From Microcystis aeruginosa NIES-843 (GTDB lineage Bacteria > Cyanobacteriota > Cyanobacteriia > Cyanobacteriales > Microcystaceae), in the NCBI RefSeq assembly GCF_000010625.1, contig NC_010296.1:4260001-4292000 (forward strand): a stretch of 32,000 bases of DNA. Reading direction: 5' to 3'. Position 1 is the first letter of the stretch; each line of letters starts with the position of its first letter. The notes under the pieces were generated by a model. That model did not search any database and was not told the origin of the DNA. It saw nothing but the letters and a program-made list of their open reading frames with translations. Positions 8,280 to 17,991 of this stretch are shown in pieces. The translations under genes and the position numbers were made by a program.

Positions 8280-9701
8280 GGCTCTTCGTTACCCTTTATG
8301 CTAAATCAACATACAAGATGCCAAGATAACATACTTCTAACCCAAAAATTCCGAAAGTTTCTAAAGCCATAGCCTCTCCGTTTTATTAGTTTAAGTTTAT
8401 TGTTGATTCCCTCGACCACCCCATTCGTTGTCCTTCGCTCGAAATAACTAATTATTTCTCCAAACCAGTTTCGGATTGTTTGACAACTCTTGGTAAAAAC
8501 ACTGGAGGATTTTGCCAACCATTCCGAGATGGATAGCATTCCCTCTGTCGGATTCTCTGAGGTTTCATAAATCTTTCTAAATTCTTCCTTTAATTCCTGC
8601 ATCTTTTTCAAATTTGGGAATTTTTCTTTGATAGCTTCTAGTTTAATTTTTTGGGGTTCCGTTAAATCTTCTTCATTTTTTAACAGGCTATATTTACTTC
8701 GCTTTAAAACTTCTAGCTTCGCTTCTTTTTCCGCTTTCTGTTTTTTATTTTTCTGCGCTTCTACGGCTCTTTTTTCTGCTCTTCTCTGTTCGTCTAACTC
8801 TTGATTAATTTGTTTCATTACATGGAATCTATCGGCGACTACTTCGGCCGATGGCATCAATTCTTTCACCAAATTTTTATAAGGCAACCAAAGGTCTATG
8901 CTCACTTCTTCAATTTGCTCTAACACCTCTTTTCCCCAGCCCGTAAGCGTTTCTCTCAACTCTTCTTGTGTTCGCTTCTCTAGAATAGCTATTAGTTTTC
9001 CCGTATCTAAATTTACTAAAACCGCACAGTAATTTTTTTGTCCTTTGACTAGAGCGATTTCATCAATTCCTAGTCTTTTTAATTCCGATAGGTCTGGCTC
9101 TGTAATTTCTTCGGCGATGTCCTCTATCATTCTTTGAATCTCTTCTTCCGTTACGTCATTTATTCGACTAACATTTAAAATATCTCCTTCTTTTAATTGT
9201 TCGAGTATATTTGCGGCTAGTCTTTTCGTATAGGTTCGTTTCTTGGCGACAAAATCTAACTCTTCGCTAAAGGGTCTCTGACAATTATCGCACTTAAATT
9301 GACGACGATTAATTTGTAGGTATACTGGTTGACCTGAGATTGGTAAATCTTTGACTAAATGTCGATGATTTTGGTGGAGTTTATCGCTCTCTAACCCACA
9401 ACGAGGACAGGTTGCTTTTTGATTTTTCGATTCGATTCGGCAAACTATACCGATATTTTCTAGGTGTAGATAGCCTTGAATACAGGTTCCTTTTAGGTTC
9501 AAAAATTTGTCAAGTATCATAAGTAAAATAATCTCGTTTTTGGCTATTATATCAAATCTTAACTCAATTGTCTATCTTTTGGTATTAACCTGTTTGTGCC
9601 TTAAGTCCTTCCCTGTATGGATTTCAGCTACTTTTGAGCGTAGGCGCTCTCATCGAATTTTATTTTAAGTTAATTATTTGCATAACAATTCCCGAAGAGC
9701 C
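8280..9701 (-). mobile_element. ISL3-family insertion sequence, 1422 bp, 22-bp imperfect inverted repeats, perfect 8-bp target duplication
   Basis: IRL GGCTCTTCGTTACCCTTTATGC (8280-8301) against the reverse complement of IRR (9680-9701) GGCTCTTCGGGAATTGTTATGC, 16/22 identical. Direct repeat ATATAAAT is at 8272-8279 and 9702-9709. Confidence 0.9.
8306..9520 (-). CDS. ISL3-family transposase
   Basis: N-terminal zinc-finger pattern CPRCG...CDNC, then LGIDEIALVKGQKNYCAVLVNLDTGKLI and VVADRFHVMK blocks typical of IS204/IS1001/IS1096/IS1165-type transposases. Confidence 0.9.
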   Translation of the reverse strand: MILDKFLNLKGTCIQGYLHLENIGIVCRIESKNQKATCPRCGLESDKLHQNHRHLVKDLPISGQPVYLQINRRQFKCDNCQRPFSEELDFVAKKRTYTKRLAANILEQLKEGDILNVSRINDVTEEEIQRMIEDIAEEITEPDLSELKRLGIDEIALVKGQKNYCAVLVNLDTGKLIAILEKRTQEELRETLTGWGKEVLEQIEEVSIDLWLPYKNLVKELMPSAEVVADRFHVMKQINQELDEQRRAEKRAVEAQKNKKQKAEKEAKLEVLKRSKYSLLKNEEDLTEPQKIKLEAIKEKFPNLKKMQELKEEFRKIYETSENPTEGMLSISEWLAKSSSVFTKSCQTIRNWFGEIISYFERRTTNGVVEGINNKLKLIKRRGYGFRNFRNFWVRSMLSWHLVC

Positions 9702-9725
9702 ATATAAATTACAGATAATTATCTC

Positions 9726-11279
9726 TTATTTACCGTGTCTTGTTGTGTATATATCACAACGTTTGTTAGAAAAAACGGGCTTTTCATTAGGATTATACAG
9801 GCTATCTAAATATTTTTTATCTTCCCGGTTTTCTCTTGTTTTGCGGCAAAAAACTATCGCCTCAACTTGATGATTGGCTCTTGATAACTTATAGAGAGCA
9901 TTCTTAAATTTTTCCTCACTTGCTCGATTATAAAACATTAAGGCACGACGTTGACTGTAGTAAGGTATCAATGAACTCCAATAATCTCCGTAGATTAACA
10001 AAACACCTTCAGGAGAAGTAACAGTTTGGACTTGAGAGGCAATTTCTAAGTAACTGTTACCATGCAATTTTGTCGGATACCAGAAAGCTCGGTAAAATTG
10101 CAGTTGTGATAACAAAATTAAAGCCAGGAAAAACCAGCCTACAGACTGCCAAATTTTCCGTTTTTTCTCTATTAACCCCATGATGGTAAATCCAGAAGCA
10201 CCGAGGAGAAAGATAGCATTAGCATAGGGATAATAGTTATGAACAAAATGCAAATTGGTAAAAATGGCAACTGTCAATATAAATAGTAAACTTAAGCCAT
10301 AACTTAGTAACTTTTTTGAGGTGAAAATTGGTAATATTACTAAAGCCATAACGCTGATTATCAATCCGCCAAAAACGTCATTTAGAGTCCTAGTTAGATA
10401 ATTTCTCCACTCTGACCGAGATAATTTTTGAGCGATAGTTCCAAAGTTCCAATCTCTCAAAGCTTTCGAGGTGATAAGATCTGCTGCCATGGGATTGAGT
10501 AGCTTTTGGGCATCGGCAAAGTTAACCCAAATTTTTGCCAGAAGGAAGGGTATGATGATAAAGACAACGACGGGTATCAATAAATCTTTCGCTAAGTTAC
10601 GAGATGAGTCTTTCTTAACCCAATTAATACCTATCCAGACACAAGCTAAAATTAAAAATCCAGCCATAGTCGTTACTTTAGTCAGACTGGCAGCGATTCC
10701 AAAAAGACAGGCTAATAAGGCAATAATTGGCGATTTATAGCGAAAATAAACAGCAATACAGGCCAGGTAAGCTAAAGAGAAAAATAGGGCGGTTGATTCA
10801 ATCATGAATGTTCGCGCCCAAAACAGATAAAGAGGACTGGCTAAAAATAAACTCAAAAACAGCCAACGGAAAGCTCTTGCTACTTGTAAATAAGATAGGA
10901 TTACATATATAGGAATCAAACTTAAATAAAAGAAAAAAGCACTCACAAATCTACCAGTTTGGTCAATGGGAGTCTGAAAAAGCTTAACTAAAATTGCAAC
11001 TATTCCTTGATAGAGCGGAAACTCCATTGGAATTGACCAAGGCACTCCTAAAACAGGGGTTTCATAGGCTAACCAAGGACTACCTTTGAGTAAATAAAAG
11101 ACCGAGATGGCCGTTTGAGTTTGACGAAAAGCGTGGACATCTATCAAAGGATTATTCCAGCCGCCGCTAATCCCCCAAAAACTATGGATTAAGCAAACTG
11201 CAAAAATTAAAAACAATATTTTCTCAGTCCATGATTTAGAAGCAAGCATATTTGACCATCTCCAGTTTTTTAACCCCAT
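9726..11279 (-). CDS. Polytopic membrane protein, putative GT-C type (ArnT/PMT-like) glycosyltransferase
   Basis: 517 aa with about 11-12 TM segments, an acidic first-loop motif (NPLIDVHAFRQTQTA) and a soluble C-terminal ~120 aa. It sits beside the GT2 polyprenyl-P-sugar synthase. Family assignment rests on architecture and context only. The start could instead be the internal Met (MLASKSW). Confidence 0.5.
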   Translation of the reverse strand: MGLKNWRWSNMLASKSWTEKILFLIFAVCLIHSFWGISGGWNNPLIDVHAFRQTQTAISVFYLLKGSPWLAYETPVLGVPWSIPMEFPLYQGIVAILVKLFQTPIDQTGRFVSAFFFYLSLIPIYVILSYLQVARAFRWLFLSLFLASPLYLFWARTFMIESTALFFSLAYLACIAVYFRYKSPIIALLACLFGIAASLTKVTTMAGFLILACVWIGINWVKKDSSRNLAKDLLIPVVVFIIIPFLLAKIWVNFADAQKLLNPMAADLITSKALRDWNFGTIAQKLSRSEWRNYLTRTLNDVFGGLIISVMALVILPIFTSKKLLSYGLSLLFILTVAIFTNLHFVHNYYPYANAIFLLGASGFTIMGLIEKKRKIWQSVGWFFLALILLSQLQFYRAFWYPTKLHGNSYLEIASQVQTVTSPEGVLLIYGDYWSSLIPYYSQRRALMFYNRASEEKFKNALYKLSRANHQVEAIVFCRKTRENREDKKYLDSLYNPNEKPVFSNKRCDIYTTRHGK

Positions 11280-11325
11280 ATACGCACAGACCCAGATAGT
11301 TTTGACATAGTAATCTAATGCTCTA

Positions 11326-12393
11326 CTATAACCAACGGCTAACGTTTTGACTAAAAATTTCTTTGAGAATATCTGTTACTGTGTAGGTTAACTGCCAATC
11401 AGGATAATGATTTTTAAACTTACTCACATCAGAAATCCACCAGATATGATCACCAATACGATTAGTCTCCACATACTGCCAGTTTAACTTTTTATCCGCA
11501 ATCGCTTCACATTCTTGAATAGCTTCTAACATGGAACAATTACTAAAGCGACTACCACCGATATTATAAACTTCTGCTACTCGCGGGGTCTGATAAAAAT
11601 GATAAAAAGCATTGACGAGATCGTAACTATGAATGTTATCGCGTACCTGCTTACCCTTATACCCATAAATACTGTATTCTTTGCCGATCATCGTACATTT
11701 CATTAAGTAGGATAAAAAACCGTGTAATTGCGTTCCCGAATGACTTGGACCGGTTAAACAACCGCCACGAAAAGAGGCAGTTTTCATCTCAAAATAACGC
11801 CCGTATTCTTGTACTAACACATCCGCCGCCACTTTCGACGCACCAAACAAAGAATGTTTACAAGCATCAATACTCATCAACTCGTCAATACCATGAGCAA
11901 AATAAGGATGATTTTCCGAGATTTCCCAACGTAGTTCTTTTTCTACTAAAGGCAATTCATTCGGTCTATCGCCATAAACTTTATTGGTGGAACAGAAAAT
12001 AAATACTGCTTGGGGACAGTGTTGACGAGTATTTTCTAATAATACTAAAGTTCCGTTAGCATTGACACTAAAATCCATATAGGGATCCTTAGCTGCCCAA
12101 TCGTGGGAAGGTTGCGCCGCCGTGTGGATAATTAAGGATATATCATGACTATAGGTTTTAAATATATCTGCAATAGCTTCATGATCCCGAATATCCACAG
12201 CATGGTGAATGTATTTATCCCCGTAATCTTGCGATAATTTGGCTCGATTCCACTCCGTTGAAGCGTCTTCACCAAAAAATACCTGACGCATATTATTATC
12301 GATGCCAACGACGGTATAACCCCGATCACAAAAAAACCTGACTGATTCGGAACCAATTAAACCAGCAGAACCAGTTACTAGAACTATCGCCAT
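11326..12393 (-). CDS. NAD-dependent epimerase/dehydratase (extended SDR)
   Basis: [15 protein letters not shown] Rossmann motif at the chosen ATG (12393), catalytic FGASK (YxxxK region), [17 protein letters not shown] block. The 31 extra upstream codons in the track ORF overlap coaX and are probably not translated. Confidence 0.85.
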   Translation of the reverse strand: MAIVLVTGSAGLIGSESVRFFCDRGYTVVGIDNNMRQVFFGEDASTEWNRAKLSQDYGDKYIHHAVDIRDHEAIADIFKTYSHDISLIIHTAAQPSHDWAAKDPYMDFSVNANGTLVLLENTRQHCPQAVFIFCSTNKVYGDRPNELPLVEKELRWEISENHPYFAHGIDELMSIDACKHSLFGASKVAADVLVQEYGRYFEMKTASFRGGCLTGPSHSGTQLHGFLSYLMKCTMIGKEYSIYGYKGKQVRDNIHSYDLVNAFYHFYQTPRVAEVYNIGGSRFSNCSMLEAIQECEAIADKKLNWQYVETNRIGDHIWWISDVSKFKNHYPDWQLTYTVTDILKEIFSQNVSRWL

Positions 12394-12463
12394 AACTATA
12401 TCCTGAATTTTTTGCCTAGTTGTTGAGAAATTTCCCAGGTTGAGAAAACTTTCCCCGACTTTA

Positions 12464-13243
12464 CTAGATATGTTCGCCTTTGTCAATTAAACCCGAGGAG
12501 ATTCCCTTAACTGCGGCAATTCCCTGAAAAATGATCGTCTTATCCACTAGGAGTGATGTAATGGCGTTTTCTTGCCAGTAATCCCTAATTAAGTCCCCAT
12601 CTCCCCCCGTTAAAATTATCCCGCTCTCTGGATATAAATTTAACCATTCCAGACTGAATTTTTCTATTCCCGCCAAAATTGTATAGATTATCCCACTTCT
12701 TATCCCTTCTGCTGTTTCTTTTGCCCACATCTGCGGTAATCTTTCCGGTAAGGACACCTCTGGTAAGGCTGCCGTCCGTTCCCTTAAACTGGCTAATTGC
12801 ACCTTTAACCCGGGTACAATTGCCCCCCCCACTAGCTTTTTATCCCCATCCACTCCCGTAAAAGTTAAGGCTGTTCCCGCATCGATGACTAAACAGGGAA
12901 ATCCGTATTTTTCTCCAGCACCTAAGACAGCTAAAGCTCGATCGATGCCGAATGTCGGATATAAATCCAGTAAAGGAATATCTTTTAAAGTAATTCTCCG
13001 TAAATTGCCATAATTTGCCCATAATTCTCTTTGGTTAGGAACCACGGAGGCGACCATCAATGCACAGTTGCATTTATTTGTCAAGAGTTTAGGGAAAATT
13101 TGTTGCAAAAATTCATTACTTAGGGGTTCCCTCAGGTGAGGAGTATCGAGACAAGCTAACAGGGTTTGACCGCAAAAATACCCCCAATGTAGCCGAGAAT
13201 TGCCGATCATCAAACCTATCCAGTCAGTATCTTGCTCAGTCAT
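12464..13243 (-). CDS. coaX: Type III pantothenate kinase (CoaX)
   Basis: [14 protein letters not shown]-terminus, [14 protein letters not shown] phosphate-binding block, [22 protein letters not shown]. 259 aa. Confidence 0.85.
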   Translation of the reverse strand: MTEQDTDWIGLMIGNSRLHWGYFCGQTLLACLDTPHLREPLSNEFLQQIFPKLLTNKCNCALMVASVVPNQRELWANYGNLRRITLKDIPLLDLYPTFGIDRALAVLGAGEKYGFPCLVIDAGTALTFTGVDGDKKLVGGAIVPGLKVQLASLRERTAALPEVSLPERLPQMWAKETAEGIRSGIIYTILAGIEKFSLEWLNLYPESGIILTGGDGDLIRDYWQENAITSLLVDKTIIFQGIAAVKGISSGLIDKGEHI

Positions 13244-13345
13244 TTATTTAGTGGGAAGTGGGAAGTGGGGAGTGGGAAGTGGGGAAGTGGGGTGATGGGG
13301 AGAATAAATAAAAATAATCTCCTGACGACCGGCTCCTGACTCCTG
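13244..13345. repeat. Short tandem repeat tracts (GGGAAGTG-type octamers, then CTCCTGA-type heptamers)
   Basis: Read directly: gtgggaagtgggaagtggggagtgggaagtggggaagtgggg, then ctcctgacgaccggctcctgactcctgactactga. Confidence 0.85.
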
Positions 13346-13346
13346 A

Positions 13347-14180
13347 CTACTGAGTCCTGTTGATCAAAGTAATTACCGTCACTTCGGGGGGACAAAAAAG
13401 ACGACCGGGAAAATAGGTTCCTAAGCCTCGATTGACATATAATTGATTTTCCCCGACTCGGTGAAATCCCTCGGACCATTGCCAGTATCGGACTACTCTG
13501 CTAAACTGCCGGTGAAAGGGAACCCATTGACAATATGGTTCCGGCAGCGATCGCCTAAGTTTCTCTAAAACTATCGGTAGGGAACCCATACCCGGGATAG
13601 TCACTTGGCCTCCGTGGGTATGACCGGATAACTGCAAATCCACGCGCCAATCCCTTAAAACCATGGCTGTATCGGGATTGTGGGAAAGGACAAGTCTGGG
13701 TATATCGGGAGCAATTTGCTCAAGGATTTGCGGTAAAAATTCCCCGGACCAATAATCGGCCAATCCGACGATGGGAAAATTTTCGCCGTAGGGTGTGGCG
13801 ATTTCATTCCAGAGTACCCGAATTCCCACGCTAGTTAAGGCTGATCTGACGGTTTCCCTTGCGTGGGGAGGATAACTGTCATGATTTCCTAAACAAGCAT
13901 AAATACCCCCTTGACTTTCGAGAGCTTTTATGCTATCAACTAGGGCAAAAATTGGCCTGGGACTATCGGTAATAAAGTCCCCCGTCAGGAAGATGAGATC
14001 GGGTTTTTCTTGATTAGTAATGGCGATCGCTTCTTGCAGGACAGCTACAGGCAAATGCTGTTCATCGCAGTGCAGATCTGACCACTGCACCAACTTGATC
14101 CCTTGCAGATGTGCCGGTAGGCCGGCAATTGCGATCGTTAATCTTTCTACCTGTAAGGATTCTAGCCAAAAGGGTCGCAT
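13347..14180 (-). CDS. Metallophosphoesterase (calcineurin-like)
   Basis: Ordered motifs SDLHCDE, LTGDFITD, GNHD and SGHTHGGQ. 277 aa. Confidence 0.8.
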   Translation of the reverse strand: MRPFWLESLQVERLTIAIAGLPAHLQGIKLVQWSDLHCDEQHLPVAVLQEAIAITNQEKPDLIFLTGDFITDSPRPIFALVDSIKALESQGGIYACLGNHDSYPPHARETVRSALTSVGIRVLWNEIATPYGENFPIVGLADYWSGEFLPQILEQIAPDIPRLVLSHNPDTAMVLRDWRVDLQLSGHTHGGQVTIPGMGSLPIVLEKLRRSLPEPYCQWVPFHRQFSRVVRYWQWSEGFHRVGENQLYVNRGLGTYFPGRLFCPPEVTVITLINRTQ

Positions 14181-14291
14181 CGGTGAGCCGTTGTCGGTGA
14201 GTAGTTACCGAAAAATTGGGTGTGTCAACAGTCTATCAATTCCCGATGGGGTTGTTGGGGGATGCTTCCGCAAACATCCCTCTTTTGACCA

Positions 14292-15527
14292 TTAGCCTGG
14301 AAATTTACTGATAATTCTTTCCATAGCGGCCTCGACGTTGGCACGACTATTAAAAGCCGACAGCCGGAAATAACCCTCTCCGGCGGCCCCAAAGCCGGAT
14401 CCGGGGGTCCCCACCACATTACAGGTATGTAGCAGTTTATCGAAGAAATCCCAACTCGATAGACCTTGGGGCGTTTTTACCCAAACGTAGGGCGCATTTA
14501 CGCCGCCATGGACTTCTAAACCGGCAGCGGTTAATTTTTCTCGGATAATTGTTGCATTTTGTAAATAAAACTTGACAAGTTCTTCTACTTGTGCTTGTCC
14601 TTCCGGGGAATAAACCGCCTCGGCCCCCCGTTGGACAATGTAGGAAACGCCGTTAAATTTGGTCGATTGCCGACGATTCCACAGTTTCCAGAGTTGCACA
14701 TCGCTGCCGTCGGCCGCTTTGGCCGTGAGACTTTGGGGAACCACGGTTAAAGCGCAACGGGTCCCGGTAAAACCAGCATTTTTAGAAAAAGAGCGAAATT
14801 CGATCGCACATTGCCGCGCCCCCTCGATTTCGTAGATGGAATGGGGTAAACTGGCATCGGTGATAAAGGCCTCGTAGGCCGCATCAAAAAAGATAATCGA
14901 TCCGTTAGCCCTAGCATAATTAACCCAAGCTGTCAAGTGTTCTTTGGTAGCCGTGGCCCCGGTGGGATTGTTGGGAAAACAGAGATAGATTAAATCGACT
15001 TTTTCCGCCGGAATCTGGGCAGTAAAGTTATTTTCGGCGGTAATTGGCAGATAAATCAAGCCCTCGTATTCGCCGCGGTCGTTGGCCTCTCCCGTGTGTC
15101 CGGCCATAACGTTAGTATCAACGTAAACGGGATATACTGGGTCTGTCACAGCGATCGAGTTATTATCTCCAAAAATATCGAGAATATTGCCCGTATCGCA
15201 CTTAGAACCGTCGGAAATAAAGATTTCATCGGCACTTATCTCACAACCGCGAGCCTGAAAATCATGGACGGCGATTTTCTCCCTTAACCAAGCATAACCC
15301 TGTTCGGGCCCGTAACCCTTAAAGCTAGAGCGATCGCCCATTTCCTCCACCGCTTTGATCATTGCCTCACGACAAGCTAGGGGCAAAGGTTCGGTGACAT
15401 CCCCAATCCCCAGACGGATAATATTAGCATCGGGATTAGCTGCCGCAAAAGCTTGGACTCGTCGGGCAATTTCCGGAAAAAGATAACCCGCTTTTAGTTT
15501 TAAGTAATTACTGTTAATGGTTGCCAT
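14292..15527 (-). CDS. dapL: LL-diaminopimelate aminotransferase
   Basis: N-terminus [24 protein letters not shown] and the [26 protein letters not shown] (PLP lysine region) blocks match DapL. 411 aa. Confidence 0.9.
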
Positions 15528-15680
15528 AATTATTCTCGTTTCAGTCGCAACCTTTAATTCTATAATAGTCGGTCATCAGCCGTCAGTTTTGATCGCCCTC
15601 CTTCACGGACTGGGAGTGAGTGTAGGCGGTTGTCTTTCGATATACAATCAGAGAAAAACCTCTTAATAACTGACATTAGT

Positions 15681-15893
15681 ATGGGTGAATCAAAACGTCG
15701 TCAATCGGCCCTGGGTGATAAGTATGGACAGGAAGAAAACATCCTGCCTTGGCTACCGATTACCAAAAGTCAAGCATCCCAAGCTTACAAGTTAACCACT
15801 AGGGGTGCCTGGATTGGTATAGGAGTTTTAGCTGGGGTTTGGGTAGTTATTCGCTTTGTCGGGCCGGCCTTCGGTTGGTGGAATGTCCAATAA
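15681..15893 (+). CDS. Small conserved cyanobacterial membrane protein (possibly DUF2839 family)
   Basis: Starting at the ATG at 15681: MGESKRRQSALGDKYGQEENILPWLPITKSQ...GAWIGIGVLAGVWVVIRFVGPAFGWW with one TM. The longer TTG-started version in the track is less likely. Confidence 0.5.
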   Translation: MGESKRRQSALGDKYGQEENILPWLPITKSQASQAYKLTTRGAWIGIGVLAGVWVVIRFVGPAFGWWNVQ

Positions 15894-15909
15894 CTGGTTA
15901 AAGCTGCAT

Positions 15910-15937
15910 CAGTTATCAGTTATCAGTTATCAGTTAA
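15910..15937. repeat. Heptamer tandem repeat CAGTTAT x4 (STRR-like)
   Basis: Read directly: cagttatcagttatcagttatcagttaa. Confidence 0.9.
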
Positions 15938-15988
15938 GTAGCTGGTTATAATTAAATTAAAAATGGATTTTAGGTTCGATCCCCCCTG

Positions 15989-16055
15989 CCCCCCTTGATA
16001 AGGGGGGTGCCGATCCCCCCTTAGTCCCCCCTTAATCCCCCCTTGATAAGGGGGG
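15989..16055. repeat. Two copies of the G/C-run hairpin CCCCCCTTGATAAGGGGGG between convergent genes (possible bidirectional terminator)
   Basis: Hairpins at 15989-16007 and 16037-16055. This is the reverse orientation of the hairpin inside the 37-bp repeat at 30604-30822. Confidence 0.7.
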
Positions 16056-16112
16056 TGTCTGACAACTTTTAACGCCTACCTACTTATCAGTAAAAAACTC
16101 CCCACCAAAAAA

Positions 16113-17054
16113 TTAATTTTGTTGGTTTGCCAAGATCTGGTCATCGATCGCCAAGTCTATTTCTTGCCGATCGCGACCGGAAGGGAGATAATCATTCTGG
16201 AAGGAGTCTGTTAAACCACTGACGAGATCATATTCAGGCTGCCAGTTTAACTCCCGGGTGGCCTTATTAATATCAGCGTAAAAATGTTGAACCCGCAGGG
16301 GGAAAGGTTTCTTTTTGCCGAAGTCAAATTTTTTGGGGTTATAGTTAACAATCTCGATTTCCTCGGCATTTTTCCCCATCGCTGCCGCGCAAGCTTTCGC
16401 TAAACCGTTAAAAGTTACATAGCGATCGCCAGAAATATTATACACTTGACCGATAGCCTGAGAATTACCCAATACTGCGGCCATGGCCTTGGCCAGATCG
16501 ACAACGTGACCAAATTGGGTAAAATGTTCCCCATGACCCGGTATAGGAATAGGACGATTACGAACCAAACGGTCAAAAAACCAAGCTTCTAGGTCATTAT
16601 AGTTCCCCGGTCCGTAGATATAAACCGGACGGATGGAAGTCCAGGGTAAACCCATCTCGCTTAAGTAGTTTTCTGTCTCGTGTTTTCCCTTGTGGCGACT
16701 TTTGGGATCTAGTTTATCCCCTTCTTTATGGGGCATTTGGTCGGATTTTAGATAAACCCCCGCCGAGCTAACATAGACAAAATGCCCGATTCTTTCCCTA
16801 AAAATCTCGACGAGGGGCTGAGTATCACTTAATTCTCTGCCATTATTATCGAAAATTGCCTCAAAACTTTCATTTTTAAGCTTTTCTTTCAGTTGCGCTG
16901 GGTCAGTGCGATCGCCGTGAATCTGTCGTACTCCAGCAACCGGAGCGGGTTTATTGCCACGATTGAATAATACTACTTCATGACCCTGTTCTACTAACAC
17001 TTTAGTCAAAGAAACACCGATAAATCGGGTTCCACCCATAATTAAAATTTTCAT
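16113..17054 (-). CDS. NAD-dependent epimerase/dehydratase family protein, CSP41-like (annotated mRNA-binding protein in some cyanobacteria)
   Basis: MKILIMGGTRFIGVSL Rossmann N-terminus. Overall it resembles the cyanobacterial/chloroplast CSP41 family as I remember it. An alternative start is at 17063. Confidence 0.75.
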   Translation of the reverse strand: MKILIMGGTRFIGVSLTKVLVEQGHEVVLFNRGNKPAPVAGVRQIHGDRTDPAQLKEKLKNESFEAIFDNNGRELSDTQPLVEIFRERIGHFVYVSSAGVYLKSDQMPHKEGDKLDPKSRHKGKHETENYLSEMGLPWTSIRPVYIYGPGNYNDLEAWFFDRLVRNRPIPIPGHGEHFTQFGHVVDLAKAMAAVLGNSQAIGQVYNISGDRYVTFNGLAKACAAAMGKNAEEIEIVNYNPKKFDFGKKKPFPLRVQHFYADINKATRELNWQPEYDLVSGLTDSFQNDYLPSGRDRQEIDLAIDDQILANQQN

Positions 17055-17145
17055 AGTCGCCATTGTCAATATCAAGGTTATATTATCCCTCGATCGGTGC
17101 AGTTTAAAAACTGTGCTTTTTAGGTTTGTGTCATCAATCCAGTCT

Positions 17146-17200
17146 TTTGGGGGGTTCTACCCCCCAAACCCCCCGTTGGGGACGCAAGCGCCGTCCCCAA
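17146..17200. repeat. Two G/C-run hairpins in a divergent promoter region
   Basis: TTTGGGGGG-ttcta-CCCCCCAAA (17146-17168) and TTGGGGACG...CGTCCCCAA (17176-17200). Confidence 0.7.
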
Positions 17201-17431
17201 ACCCCTCGCGCATTAGCTTTTCGGTGGGATGCTTACACGCGGCTGTTCATACATTTGTAGCAGTTTAAGAGTGACTGATAATTGCTGATTATCGGTATTT
17301 CCGAAAATGTGAGATGCACCCAAACCGAGCGACTTTTAATGCAAGTTTTAAGTAAGCGCCAATTCAGACTTAAATTGTTGGCCAAGTTTCGGTAAAATAA
17401 AGGTAATTAGTCAACAGAGCAGCTCAAAATT

Positions 17432-17877
17432 ATGACTTTAGCCAAGGTAAAAAATCTTTATGATCAAGATTTTGCTTTGTGGATAGAAGCAACCGTCAAA
17501 CAATTAAAATCTGGGGATTTATCTCAAGTTGATTTAGAGAATTTGATCGAGGAGGTGGAATCTTTGGGAAGACGAGATAAAAGAGAACTTAAAAACCGTT
17601 TAATTACATTATTTGAACACGGTTTAAAACGGCGTTATCTTCATTTTCCGACTGTTATCGAGGTTGGGAAGTAACAATTAAACGCTGTCAATCGAAGTTA
17701 AAAGATATCCTGAAAGATTCTCCTAGTTTATGCAGTTTTTTAACCGATATTTATGATGATTGTTATCAGGAAGCAGTGGAGAATATGCGAATTAAATATG
17801 ATGCTAGTTTTCCCGATTTTTGTCCTTTTTCTAAGGATATTGATGTTTTATTAAATCATAAGTTTTGGGAAAGTTAA
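17432..17877 (+). pseudogene. DUF29 family gene inactivated by a 1-nt frameshift near 17649
   Basis: Frame 1 ends ...LKRRYLHFPTVIEVGK*. Shifting one nt gives DCYRGWEVTIKRCQSKLKDILKDSPSL...FPDFCPFSKDIDVLLNHKFWES*, colinear with the intact paralog (PDCYWGWEIEIRNF...LLNHKFWEYEK). Confidence 0.75.
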
Positions 17878-17991
17878 ACTCTGATAATAAATCCGTTGAG
17901 TAGAGGCAATAGGCGGAATAAATAATCAGTCTTTAATAACCAGACTTAGTGTGATTTTCAAGAAATTAATTTAAGTTTAATAAGGAGAAAA

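Noticed and set aside
9634-9870. 78-aa plus-strand ORF
   Set aside because: It spans the ISL3 right end, the target duplication and the antisense strand of the 3' end of the 517-aa gene. It is an artefact of the insertion junction.
1841-12460. tRNA-Ala as the attachment site of an integrated island with a direct-repeat att site at the far border
   Set aside because: I found no copy of the tRNA 3' end (GGATTCGAGTTCCCTATTCTCCA or a substantial part of it) near 12400-12500 or elsewhere in the window, and there is no integrase gene. The island idea is kept only as a compositional and context observation.
12394-12486. 31-codon N-terminal extension of the second SDR epimerase
   Set aside because: It would place residues ahead of the Rossmann GxxGxxG N-terminus and overlap the coaX 3' end. 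The internal ATG at 12393 gives a canonical start, [15 protein letters not shown].
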